In this document: positions 7,842-16,110 of the stretch, in pieces | Numbering within the stretch: position 1 is the first letter of the stretch | Layout: every line of letters starts with the position of its first letter | DNA from: Spirochaetales bacterium | Lineage (GTDB): Bacteria > Spirochaetota > Spirochaetia > JAGLYY01 | Direction of reading: 5' to 3' | Length of the DNA stretch: 41,786 nucleotides | Assembly (NCBI GenBank): GCA_023131935.1 | Contig: JAGLYY010000002.1 | Location: 1 to 41,786, forward strand | Made by a program: the position numbers and the translations under genes | Notes under the pieces: model-generated | What the model was told of the DNA's origin: nothing | The model's database searches: none | What the model saw: the letters and a program-made list of their open reading frames with translations, nothing else

Positions 7842-9722
7842 CTACCGCGACAGGATTGCTCCATGGAGATACCGGAACTCCGCTTCCCTTCCCGCGATCC
7901 GGACACGGTAAAGATGGGGAGTCACTTCCTCGAGCATGGTGAACTGACTCTCTGGTATCTCCTGTTCGAAGAGAAGTTCATCCAGAAGGAGAATTCCGGT
8001 ATTCCCCCGGTACGATATTTTCAGAAAGTAGTTCTGCGAGGGATATTCGCCCCCGTGAATAATCCGCCCTCTGACAGAATAAACCGGTAACCCCGCGTAA
8101 AGAAAACCCCGGTCTGTTGAATACTGATCTTTCTCGATCTTCCCCGATTCGAGGATGTACTTGTCCTCAATGGCGATGGTATCATTACCGCTGCGGCCTA
8201 GCATGATCACTTTCATGTTCACCTTCCGGGGAATGGTTATTTCAAAAGTTGTTGATTTGCCGGGAATGGAATCGAGTTTTATCGTGGCCCCCGGTATCTC
8301 TTTAATCAAATCTGCCACGAGATCCAATCCAACTCCTCTGCCGGACAAATCAGTAACGTTATCTGAAAGGCTGAAACCCGGCACAGCAAGTATATCGAAC
8401 ATTGGAAGATTCTCATCAAGCCCTTCGAGGGCGGCAGCCTGTCGAACAACATTTTCGTTTATTCCCGCTCCATCATCGATGAGGGAAATATGGAGGTCCC
8501 CTTCCCTGGTTTCTACCTGCAGAATCAGAATTCCCTGCTCCGCTTTTCCAGCCTGTTTTCTTTTCTCGGGTGACTCAATGCCGTGGTCCATGGCATTACG
8601 GACGAGGTGGGTAAGGATCTCCATGAGCGATTGCAGTATTCTCCGCTCAACTCTGCTTTCATCGGAGATTATCTTTATACCGGCAGGTTTTTTCAGCTTC
8701 CCGGAGAGGTCACGGACCAGCCGTTTCAGACGATGGAATTCGCTGGAAATGCCGGCCAACCGCATCGCCTTCAGGATTCCGGACATCCCATCAAGATAGG
8801 GGATGATCTCTTTAAGAAGGGTCCCGGATTCATCACCATGCCAGCCGGAAAGTCGTATCTTCAATTCCTCTACCAGCCCATGAAGTTCCTCCAGACGGGA
8901 TGCATCAATTCTCACACTTCTATCTTCCGGTAATGCTGCAGGGACCTCCGCTTCCACCCCGGTAATCCCTTCAGAATCCAGATAATGATTAATTTCCATA
9001 GGAGTGAGAGTGACCCGTTCAACCTGGTCTACGTTCAGGGCTTTACGAATCTTTTCTTCAGATTGATCTCCGGTAAAAAGTACCTGGAAATGCCGAAATT
9101 TTTCATCATCACCTTTATCACTGAAGGAGGGGGTCACTCTGATCACGTTTACCAGTAATTCCAGGTTATTAATAATCAGGAATGCCTTGGGATATTTCAA
9201 AGGGGTAGACCTTTCCAGATCAACAGTAAGATGAAAGAGAGTTTCCTCCCGGTTAAATGCTTCCTGGAGGATTGCCTTTTCGAAATCGCTAAAAATAAAT
9301 GAACTCCCGGCAGAGGATGCCTTTGGTGCCTCCGGCTCCTCCGCAATCCGGACTGCCGTTTCTGTGTCAGATCCACCGCTTTCCGGTAACTTGTGGATTT
9401 GTTCCTGAATTCTATCCAGACCGGAGAATAAACTGTTCAGCACGCTGGTTCCGGCGGTTGCGTTATCCCGACGCACATCTTCTAGGAGGGATTCAAGTTT
9501 ATGGGCCTCCTCTGCTATCTCTTCGTAATGGAGATACGCGGCTTCAGATTTCAGGGAATGGATGTGCCTGAAAATCTGATTTACAAGGCTCCGGTTATCG
9601 GGATTTTCCTCAAGGCGAAAAAGAAGATCCGTCAGGTTTTCAGTAAATACAGCAGCATCCTCAAGAAAATGTTCCTGTAAATTGGTTGTATTCATACTGA
9701 AATCAACCTCCTTTGCTTTCAT
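7842..9722 (-). CDS. cheA: Chemotaxis histidine kinase CheA (P1 Hpt, P2-like, P3, P4 HATPase, P5 CheW-like)
   Basis: Hpt site FRHIHSLKSEAAYL. Dimerisation segment SVRIDASRLEELHGLVEEL. N-box HLVRNAMDHGIE, G1 DDGAGIN, F-box PGFS, G2 GRGVGLDLV. C-terminal CheW-like domain. Confidence 0.9.
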   Translation of the reverse strand: MKAKEVDFSMNTTNLQEHFLEDAAVFTENLTDLLFRLEENPDNRSLVNQIFRHIHSLKSEAAYLHYEEIAEEAHKLESLLEDVRRDNATAGTSVLNSLFSGLDRIQEQIHKLPESGGSDTETAVRIAEEPEAPKASSAGSSFIFSDFEKAILQEAFNREETLFHLTVDLERSTPLKYPKAFLIINNLELLVNVIRVTPSFSDKGDDEKFRHFQVLFTGDQSEEKIRKALNVDQVERVTLTPMEINHYLDSEGITGVEAEVPAALPEDRSVRIDASRLEELHGLVEELKIRLSGWHGDESGTLLKEIIPYLDGMSGILKAMRLAGISSEFHRLKRLVRDLSGKLKKPAGIKIISDESRVERRILQSLMEILTHLVRNAMDHGIESPEKRKQAGKAEQGILILQVETREGDLHISLIDDGAGINENVVRQAAALEGLDENLPMFDILAVPGFSLSDNVTDLSGRGVGLDLVADLIKEIPGATIKLDSIPGKSTTFEITIPRKVNMKVIMLGRSGNDTIAIEDKYILESGKIEKDQYSTDRGFLYAGLPVYSVRGRIIHGGEYPSQNYFLKISYRGNTGILLLDELLFEQEIPESQFTMLEEVTPHLYRVRIAGREAEFRYLHGAILSR

Positions 9723-10227
9723 TTATACTGATAATGAGCTCAACTTCCCCCAGGGTCATTCCAATATTCTGAGCAATAATACGCGGCTCTACCCCTTGAT
9801 GATGAAGTTGAATAACCTGCTCTTTAGGCGTTTTTTTTATATCCTGCTGCACCTCACCCTCTATCTTCTCCGCCTTCTTTTCTTTCCGCCGGTCTTCTTG
9901 CGGGAGTTCTATTTCCGGAAGGGGGATAGCCCTGGGTTTCAGGTTCTCATAGGTATCTTTCCGTTTTCTAAACTCTCTCTGAAGCAATACAAGCCGTTTA
10001 TCCGCTTCTCCAATGCCTTCGGTGAGTTCTGAGATTTTTCCCTCAATAATTCCGATATTCCGATCGGTAGTGCTATTCAGCTCAACTATCATTTGACTGA
10101 TCTCTTTTCGGATATCTTCAAGCAGCTTCTCCGACTGATTCCTGGTATCAGTTTTCCTGATAAGAAGGATATAAAACAGAGCAAGAATAAGAGCGTTAAA
10201 GGCTGCAAGATACCAGATTCCAGTCAT
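9703..10227 (-). CDS. Uncharacterised membrane-anchored coiled-coil protein with C-terminal HTH-like motif
   Basis: N-terminal TM segment (IWYLAAFNALILALFYILLI), a K/E-rich coiled coil, and the tail VIQLHHQGVEPRIIAQNIGMTLGEVELIISI. This architecture recalls DUF2802/DUF6115-type proteins found in flagellar/che clusters. It overlaps the cheA start by 20 nt. Confidence 0.6.
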   Translation of the reverse strand: MTGIWYLAAFNALILALFYILLIRKTDTRNQSEKLLEDIRKEISQMIVELNSTTDRNIGIIEGKISELTEGIGEADKRLVLLQREFRKRKDTYENLKPRAIPLPEIELPQEDRRKEKKAEKIEGEVQQDIKKTPKEQVIQLHHQGVEPRIIAQNIGMTLGEVELIISINESKGG

Positions 10228-10239
10228 AAAGAAGAGGCA

Positions 10240-10557
10240 CTATCCTGAAATATCGATGTGGGTACCAAGATCAGGGTCCTGAAAGACCTTTTTCTTCTTT
10301 TCCTCCCGGTGTTCCCCGCCTTTGGGTTCCTGCTGCTTCCGTTCTTTGTGTTTCTCATCATCCCGTACCTTTGCTACCTCATCCTCTACCTGTTTTGTCT
10401 GATTAACACTCTCGTCCTTATGGTGAGTCTCTTTTACCAGCTCCCCCCCCTGAATACTCTGACTCAACATAGCTGCCTCTTTTTGATGGGCAACATCCTT
10501 CCCTACTTGATTCAGCTGGGAAAAAAGAATCTGTAAATCAATAGGTTGAATAGGCAT
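10240..10557 (-). CDS. Hypothetical 105-aa highly charged protein
   Basis: Its ATG overlaps the FapA stop (TAATG). N-terminus is PIQPIDLQILFSQLNQVGK, followed by a K/E/H-rich tail. I do not recognise any family. Confidence 0.55.
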   Translation of the reverse strand: MPIQPIDLQILFSQLNQVGKDVAHQKEAAMLSQSIQGGELVKETHHKDESVNQTKQVEDEVAKVRDDEKHKERKQQEPKGGEHREEKKKKVFQDPDLGTHIDISG

Positions 10558-12506
10558 TACTGTTTCGGGGTAAAATCCCCCTCCAATTCTTCAAACTTGG
10601 TCATCTTCACCATACTCAGTTCATTGATGAAAGTGACAGCTTTAAATTCGTTGCGTACCTCAAGGGCAGCTTCTTTAATTGATATCTTGACGCCGGGAAA
10701 AACTTTCCCGGAGGCGGAAATCTTTCCTATTGTCCTGAGGGATGAAAGGTACTGTTGGAGCTTCTCAATCTCTTCAAGGAGTTCCTCTTTCCGCACTGAC
10801 AACTCGCTGTGTTTCTCGGTAAGAGCAACGAGATAAGCGGCTTTGTCCTCGGGAAGCTTTTTCTTCTCCCTCTGTATATTCTGCAGGGTCCTTATATTGA
10901 GGATTATCTCTTCGATCTCTTTATCAATAACGTCTGTTGTCTCTTCCATTTCCGCAAGCCTGCTTTTACTCGCGGGATCGTATCCAACCTCAAGAATTGT
11001 CTCCGATCCGGCGACAGATCCAAGGGTCTTTGCATGAATATGTTCCACTGCCCGGAGCTTCCCTCCCACAATGGTTGCTCGTTTGCCCTGACAAATGATC
11101 ATTTTATTCGCGTTAACCTGGCTGTTAATAATCCCCTCACTGGCTACGACATACTCAGAGGCTTCAATTCGGGCGTTCTCGATAAACTTTGCCCAGACAC
11201 TACGTCCTGAATGAACGTCTCCGCCACCCTTCCCGGTAATCCCCTGGTGAACGATAATATCCCCTTCAGCATCGAGTTCGCATTTTCCGACGTTCCCCAT
11301 AACTTCGATATTGCCTGCAGCTTTAACTTTAAAGCCATCATCAACGGAACCTTTTACCAGTACGGTACCAAGGAAAACTACGTTCCCTCCGCTGTGCAGG
11401 TCCACATCGCCCTCCACAACATAAATAGGCTCAACGTTTATCTTTTCCGCTGCAAGGATAACCTGGCCGTTAATACCAGCAATAACCGTCATTCCATCTT
11501 CGCTTAACCGGCAGTTCTTGCCAACGTTCAATTTGACATCTTTGCCCGATTTTGCCGGAAGCAGTTTCCCGGTTACTGTCCTTCCTGTTGTTCCCTCTTC
11601 GTACGGTACTTTCTTGGCAAGCGCCTGTCCTTCCACAACATTCTGTACGAGGTTCATCTCTTTAAAATCGACTCGTCCATTTTTCTCTTTCAATTTTATC
11701 TTGGACCTGTCGATTTCAAAATTGTAAATGATTTTCGCGTCCTTTCCATTCTCCGGTTTGGTACCTTCCGCGACAAGGATCGGCTTTCCATGTTCCGGGT
11801 GGTCTAAAAACTCATCTATTGCTTCCTCTTTTACACCATGGACAATACTGTTGTTTTTCATAAAACCAAGGATTTGTTCTTTCCCAAGATCTGCCCCTCC
11901 GGGACCCGGAGGGCTTACGATTACATAAGCCTTCATTTCGAAATCGGTAATATCGACAGTCAGGATTGAATCGTTCGCCGGATTGTATAAAAACTCCCCA
12001 ACTTTGACGAACGTTGCCTCTGCCCTTTTTACTACCCTGGAGATAAGAGCATGATCGTACTGCCGGACAGTTCTGTTATGGAGGTTTTCAATGACGATCT
12101 TATCGTTAATCTTCCGCCCTTTTCCTATTGGCGGCGTTACCTTAAGCCATGCTCCGTCAGCATAAAGGCGGATAATCGCTTCTCCATCAGCATCTGCCGG
12201 TTTGGACATGCCTGCACCTTCAGCCCCGAAGGAAAATTCAAAGTCCTCGGGAGCGAGAATTTTTTCTTCTTCTTTTTTTACCTCATAAGCAATGAGGATG
12301 CAGTCTTTTTTACCTACACCAAAGGTTCCCCTGCTTCCCTTATCGAGAACCTCATATTCAATCTGCTTCAGGGGGATATTCAGCTCAATGGATGCCTGTA
12401 ACAGAGCTTCCTCGAGGGTAGGACCGGTTACCTGGACCGACCGCCTTTTCCGGTCCCCTTCCGCTTGTTTTCGCATATATACACGCAGATGTTCAAGCTC
12501 AACCAC
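10557..12506 (-). CDS. fapA: FapA (DUF342) flagellar-assembly family protein with an extra N-terminal Jag/KhpB_N-like segment
   Basis: Long central repetitive region typical of the DUF342 beta-helix (..GNVVFLGTVLVKGSVDDGFKVKAAGNIEVMGNVG..GDIIVHQGI..) and a C-terminal coiled coil. N-terminus is RSVQVTGPTLEEALLQASIELNIPLKQIEYEVLDKGSRGTFGVGKKDCILIAY. Confidence 0.8.
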   Translation of the reverse strand: MVELEHLRVYMRKQAEGDRKRRSVQVTGPTLEEALLQASIELNIPLKQIEYEVLDKGSRGTFGVGKKDCILIAYEVKKEEEKILAPEDFEFSFGAEGAGMSKPADADGEAIIRLYADGAWLKVTPPIGKGRKINDKIVIENLHNRTVRQYDHALISRVVKRAEATFVKVGEFLYNPANDSILTVDITDFEMKAYVIVSPPGPGGADLGKEQILGFMKNNSIVHGVKEEAIDEFLDHPEHGKPILVAEGTKPENGKDAKIIYNFEIDRSKIKLKEKNGRVDFKEMNLVQNVVEGQALAKKVPYEEGTTGRTVTGKLLPAKSGKDVKLNVGKNCRLSEDGMTVIAGINGQVILAAEKINVEPIYVVEGDVDLHSGGNVVFLGTVLVKGSVDDGFKVKAAGNIEVMGNVGKCELDAEGDIIVHQGITGKGGGDVHSGRSVWAKFIENARIEASEYVVASEGIINSQVNANKMIICQGKRATIVGGKLRAVEHIHAKTLGSVAGSETILEVGYDPASKSRLAEMEETTDVIDKEIEEIILNIRTLQNIQREKKKLPEDKAAYLVALTEKHSELSVRKEELLEEIEKLQQYLSSLRTIGKISASGKVFPGVKISIKEAALEVRNEFKAVTFINELSMVKMTKFEELEGDFTPKQ

Positions 12507-12527
12507 AACTTTTGCCCCTCTATAGGC

Positions 12528-13316
12528 TTACATTATCCCCTTCTTAATATTCGTCAGTTTCGCACGAAGTCTCATGATTGCTTTTGTGTGAAGCTGGGAA
12601 ATCCTTGATTCAGTAACATCCAGAACTTTTCCGATTTCTTTTAAAGTAAGGTCTTCATAGTAATATAAGACAAGGACCTTTTTTTCCTTTTCAGGGAGTT
12701 CAGTTATCGCCTGGACGATGACCCTCTTTATTTCGTCCTTTTCTACGATGATATCGGGATTCAGGCTCTGGGGTGATTCAATACTTTCTACTATAGAAAC
12801 CCGATCATTATCTTCACCGGTGTACCATACGTCGTTGAGAGAGAGGATGGAGGTGCCGCTGACTTTAAGCATCACTTTCTGAAATTCCGCTATAGTGAGA
12901 CCAAGTTCTTTTGATATCTCCAGGTCTGACGCGGATCTTCCCAGAGAACTTTCGAGCCGGTGTACCGCATCTTCAATTTCTCTTGATTTCTGGCGGACCG
13001 ATCGGGGGACCCAATCGATAGAACGAAGTTCATCGAAGATTGCCCCTCTGATTCTGGTTACCGCGTAGGTCTTAAATTTAACATGTTTATCAGGATCGAA
13101 TTTACTGATAGCATCAAATAAACCAAAGACGCCAAACCCTACGAGGTCATCAAATTCTACGTTATGCGGCATTCCCATAGCGACCTTGCCCGCGACATAC
13201 TTTACAAGAGGCGCATACTGTTTCACAAAGATATCCCGGATTCGGGGGTCCTTTGTATTCTTGTAGAGAGCCCAAAGTTCTTCCTCGGTTTTTCCTTCAA
13301 ATGGTTTCGCTCTCAT
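12528..13316 (-). CDS. fliA: Flagellar RNA polymerase sigma-28 factor FliA/WhiG/SigD
   Basis: Sigma-70 family regions 2-4 are present: LVKYVAGKV...[21 protein letters not shown]...[19 protein letters not shown]...[31 protein letters not shown]. Confidence 0.92.
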   Translation of the reverse strand: MRAKPFEGKTEEELWALYKNTKDPRIRDIFVKQYAPLVKYVAGKVAMGMPHNVEFDDLVGFGVFGLFDAISKFDPDKHVKFKTYAVTRIRGAIFDELRSIDWVPRSVRQKSREIEDAVHRLESSLGRSASDLEISKELGLTIAEFQKVMLKVSGTSILSLNDVWYTGEDNDRVSIVESIESPQSLNPDIIVEKDEIKRVIVQAITELPEKEKKVLVLYYYEDLTLKEIGKVLDVTESRISQLHTKAIMRLRAKLTNIKKGIM

Positions 13317-13319
13317 ACA

Positions 13320-13976
13320 TCATCCTTCCTGATCTTTTTTCATTACCGTTTTCACAGCCTGAACTATATCATCGGTGCTGTGGGCTTTACCGAGAATGTT
13401 CACACTCTGGACCCCCTCATGGCTTATCCCTTCACCGCCTGATACCGAAGTAACGTTCTCGAAGGAATCGGAAAAGTTTTCAAGGTCCGGCAGTACATCC
13501 ACAGCTTCCCCGTTTCCCATGGATGTTACCGCAGGATGCTGCTCAGTAACTTCCTCGACCATGGCAGCAGGGACCTCCCCGACCGGAGTTGATTGGGGCT
13601 CTTCCTGGTCATCAACCTGTAACAGGGTCTCAACCCCACCCTCTTCTTCCACAGATTCCAACTGGGAAATCTGGGAAGACTGATCTTTTGCCATAGCGGG
13701 AAAGGGTTCTTCCCCTTCGATTGTTATGTCAACCGTTGGTTCTGCTGCAGGTGTTTCCGTAACCTCGCTTCCCGGGGCGGTAACCAGTTCGGGAAGAAAA
13801 GATTGTATTACTATCCAGGCACCTTGCGTAAGAATGGCAAAAACCCCTCCCCAGAGTAAAGCCCTTCCAAAGAGAACGCCTAATCCAACCCCCGCAATTA
13901 TTCCGGTGAGGGCGGAAAGGAGAAACGCTGCTGCCCCGCTTATAGCAACAACTCTCCAATCAATAGTTAGTTTCAT
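13320..13976 (-). CDS. Hypothetical membrane protein with a long acidic low-complexity tail
   Basis: Two predicted TM helices at the N-terminus, then an E/D/V/T/P-rich region. It ends 3 nt before the fliA start. No family recognised. Confidence 0.6.
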   Translation of the reverse strand: MKLTIDWRVVAISGAAAFLLSALTGIIAGVGLGVLFGRALLWGGVFAILTQGAWIVIQSFLPELVTAPGSEVTETPAAEPTVDITIEGEEPFPAMAKDQSSQISQLESVEEEGGVETLLQVDDQEEPQSTPVGEVPAAMVEEVTEQHPAVTSMGNGEAVDVLPDLENFSDSFENVTSVSGGEGISHEGVQSVNILGKAHSTDDIVQAVKTVMKKDQEG

Positions 13977-14025
13977 TCAAATGCCCCCATTTAACAAGGT
14001 ACGGGAAATCCCAACAGCCGTCAAG

Positions 14026-14901
14026 CTACCTCTTCTTCCCCATCAATCGTCTCAGGAAACCGCTGATTCCTGTTCCTTCATTATACTCCATCTTTTCAAG
14101 CCTGCTCACGATGTGTTTTACACATATAGAAGCTTTACCATTTGGATCGAGGATGAGAAAGGGTTTTTGTTTTAATACAGCGTTGGAGACTGAAGGGTCG
14201 TCGTAGACATAACCCAGATAATCAACTTTTATATTCAGAAACTGACCCGCAATGTTAATGACACGTTCCGCGACCCTTTTTGCCTCAGTAACGCTTTTTA
14301 CCCTGTTTACCACAAGCTTGAGATTCAAATGCATGTTATCAATTTCCGTCGCGATAATCTTGATAATTCCATAGGCGTCGGTTATTGCCGTTGGTTCCGG
14401 AGTGGTAACGATGACTGCGTCATCAGCAGCCTCTACAAAGGCAAGGACATTTTGGGATACGCCAGCGCTCGTATCGATGATAATCACCTCTGCCGAGCTT
14501 AGTTCCTGAAGTTCGTCGATAAAATTATTCCGCTCATCGTCAGATAGATTGGCAATCTTCGAGAAACCTGAAGCCCCCGCGACTATCCGGATCCCGTAAT
14601 TGGTATCCTGAATGATGTCCCGCATGCTCCGTTGTTTCCTGATCAAATGATAAAGATTGTATTTCGGTATGATCCCAAGAACAACGTTTACATTGGCAAG
14701 ACCTAAATCGGCGTCCATAACGATCACCTTCTTACCAAGCTGGGCATAGGCAAGGGCAATGTTGATTGCTACGTTTGTTTTTCCGACCCCGCCTTTACCA
14801 CTTGCCACCGCAATGATCCTGGTATTGGTATTCATTGAGGTTTGTTTTTTCTGCATTATTTCACGCAATTGTTCTGCCTGATCAGTCATCACTATCTCCA
14901 T
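14026..14901 (-). CDS. flhG: Flagellar number regulator FlhG (MinD/ParA-type ATPase, YlxH)
   Basis: Deviant Walker A motif VASGKGGVGKTNVAINIA and MinD-like fold motifs. Position is after flhF. Alternative start at 14889. Confidence 0.9.
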   Translation of the reverse strand: MEIVMTDQAEQLREIMQKKQTSMNTNTRIIAVASGKGGVGKTNVAINIALAYAQLGKKVIVMDADLGLANVNVVLGIIPKYNLYHLIRKQRSMRDIIQDTNYGIRIVAGASGFSKIANLSDDERNNFIDELQELSSAEVIIIDTSAGVSQNVLAFVEAADDAVIVTTPEPTAITDAYGIIKIIATEIDNMHLNLKLVVNRVKSVTEAKRVAERVINIAGQFLNIKVDYLGYVYDDPSVSNAVLKQKPFLILDPNGKASICVKHIVSRLEKMEYNEGTGISGFLRRLMGKKR

Positions 14902-16103
14902 TTCATTGGGACACGTTCGTTCGCCGGGAATCCGCCTGCCGCGGTTACTACCGGATCAGGAAACCGTTTCTGAAGCCGCGCCCTGTTTATGTGAATACCT
15001 TCAAGAGTCATGAGAAGACGCATTACCGAAGCTTTCTCAATATCCTGAGGCACGACCTGGCCATCGGTATAATAGGCAAGGGGTTTACCTTTTTCATTTA
15101 ACACACTAATGATATTCCCTACCCGCATCGTTTCATCGAGTTTTGTCAGTACTACCGCGTTATAACTAAAAGGCTCAAACTGCTGCATAATCTCCTGGAT
15201 ATCGGATACCTTGGTACAAACACTCATTGTAAGGTACACTTCAGTCTGGGTACCGCAAGCATCAAGGAGTTCCCGCATCTCCGCCAATTTAACATAATCC
15301 TTCGGACTTTTCCCTATAGTATCAATGAGAATGATATCGGCATCCTGGTAGAGAGCCATTTTCTGCTGCAGATCCTGATAGGTTTCCACGTAGGAAACAG
15401 GGATCCCCATGATTTCTCCATAAGTTTCAATTTGTTTTTTAGCCCCGATCCGATAGTTATCTATCGTAAGCATACGAACCTGTTTGGGAGGCATACCGTT
15501 GCCCCCAAGTCCGAAAACCGCCGCGAGCTTCGCGATGGTTGTCGTTTTCCCAACACCCGTAGGACCAACCAGAATGATGATTCTTGGATGGCTTTTCTGT
15601 TCATCCCGGTAAATTGAGATCGACTCACCGATCCATTCTGCTACCACATCCTGGACTACCCGGAAGTCTTCGAGATCATCCAGAGAAAGGTCCCGTTTTA
15701 ATCGTTCAACTATTCTTTTTACAAAGGTATAGGAAAAATCATTTTCTACGAGGATCTGCTCTATTTTCTCAATGGATGGATGAAGTTCCGGATGACCGGT
15801 CGCTTCATCGTCCAACTTATTTTTGATACTTTTAATCTCTTCAAGGACCTTCTGAAGGGTCTGTTCACCTTTTACCGATTCAAGAATTTTCCGCTTTTCC
15901 GTTTCAATATCAAGCTTTCTAATCTTTCCCGGATCCTGGGAAATGTAACCGGTTATTTCTATCCCTTCACGGGAAAACATACCGAGAAATCCCCCATAGC
16001 GGATCGTCCTGTGTGTGAGGATTTTTGCCCTTTCCCCATATTTTAACCTTATCCGGTTAATTACTTCGCTTTGTGATGGTCCCTGCTCAGTAAAATACTG
16101 CAT
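14892..16103 (-). CDS. flhF: Flagellar biosynthesis SRP-type GTPase FlhF
   Basis: [25 protein letters not shown] and TKLDET motifs. I place the start at MQYFTEQG (16103, with AGGA 5 nt upstream) rather than the ORF-track 16154, which would overlap flhA by 44 nt. Confidence 0.9.
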   Translation of the reverse strand: MQYFTEQGPSQSEVINRIRLKYGERAKILTHRTIRYGGFLGMFSREGIEITGYISQDPGKIRKLDIETEKRKILESVKGEQTLQKVLEEIKSIKNKLDDEATGHPELHPSIEKIEQILVENDFSYTFVKRIVERLKRDLSLDDLEDFRVVQDVVAEWIGESISIYRDEQKSHPRIIILVGPTGVGKTTTIAKLAAVFGLGGNGMPPKQVRMLTIDNYRIGAKKQIETYGEIMGIPVSYVETYQDLQQKMALYQDADIILIDTIGKSPKDYVKLAEMRELLDACGTQTEVYLTMSVCTKVSDIQEIMQQFEPFSYNAVVLTKLDETMRVGNIISVLNEKGKPLAYYTDGQVVPQDIEKASVMRLLMTLEGIHINRARLQKRFPDPVVTAAGGFPANERVPMKWR

Positions 16104-16110
16104 ACTTTTC

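Noticed and set aside
13996-14024. Sigma-70-like TTGACG-N17-TACCTT on the minus strand just after the flhG stop, upstream of the acidic membrane protein and fliA.
   Set aside because: The -35 is good, but the -10 matches only 3/6 of TATAAT. This is too weak to call without transcription-start mapping.
15334-15341. Perfect sigma-28 -10 box GCCGATAT on the minus strand inside flhF, a possible internal promoter feeding flhG-fliA.
   Set aside because: There is no acceptable TAAA -35 at 14-16 nt (only GAAAAT at 17 nt). The octamer simply encodes DADI within a conserved FlhF segment. It cannot be supported from sequence alone.
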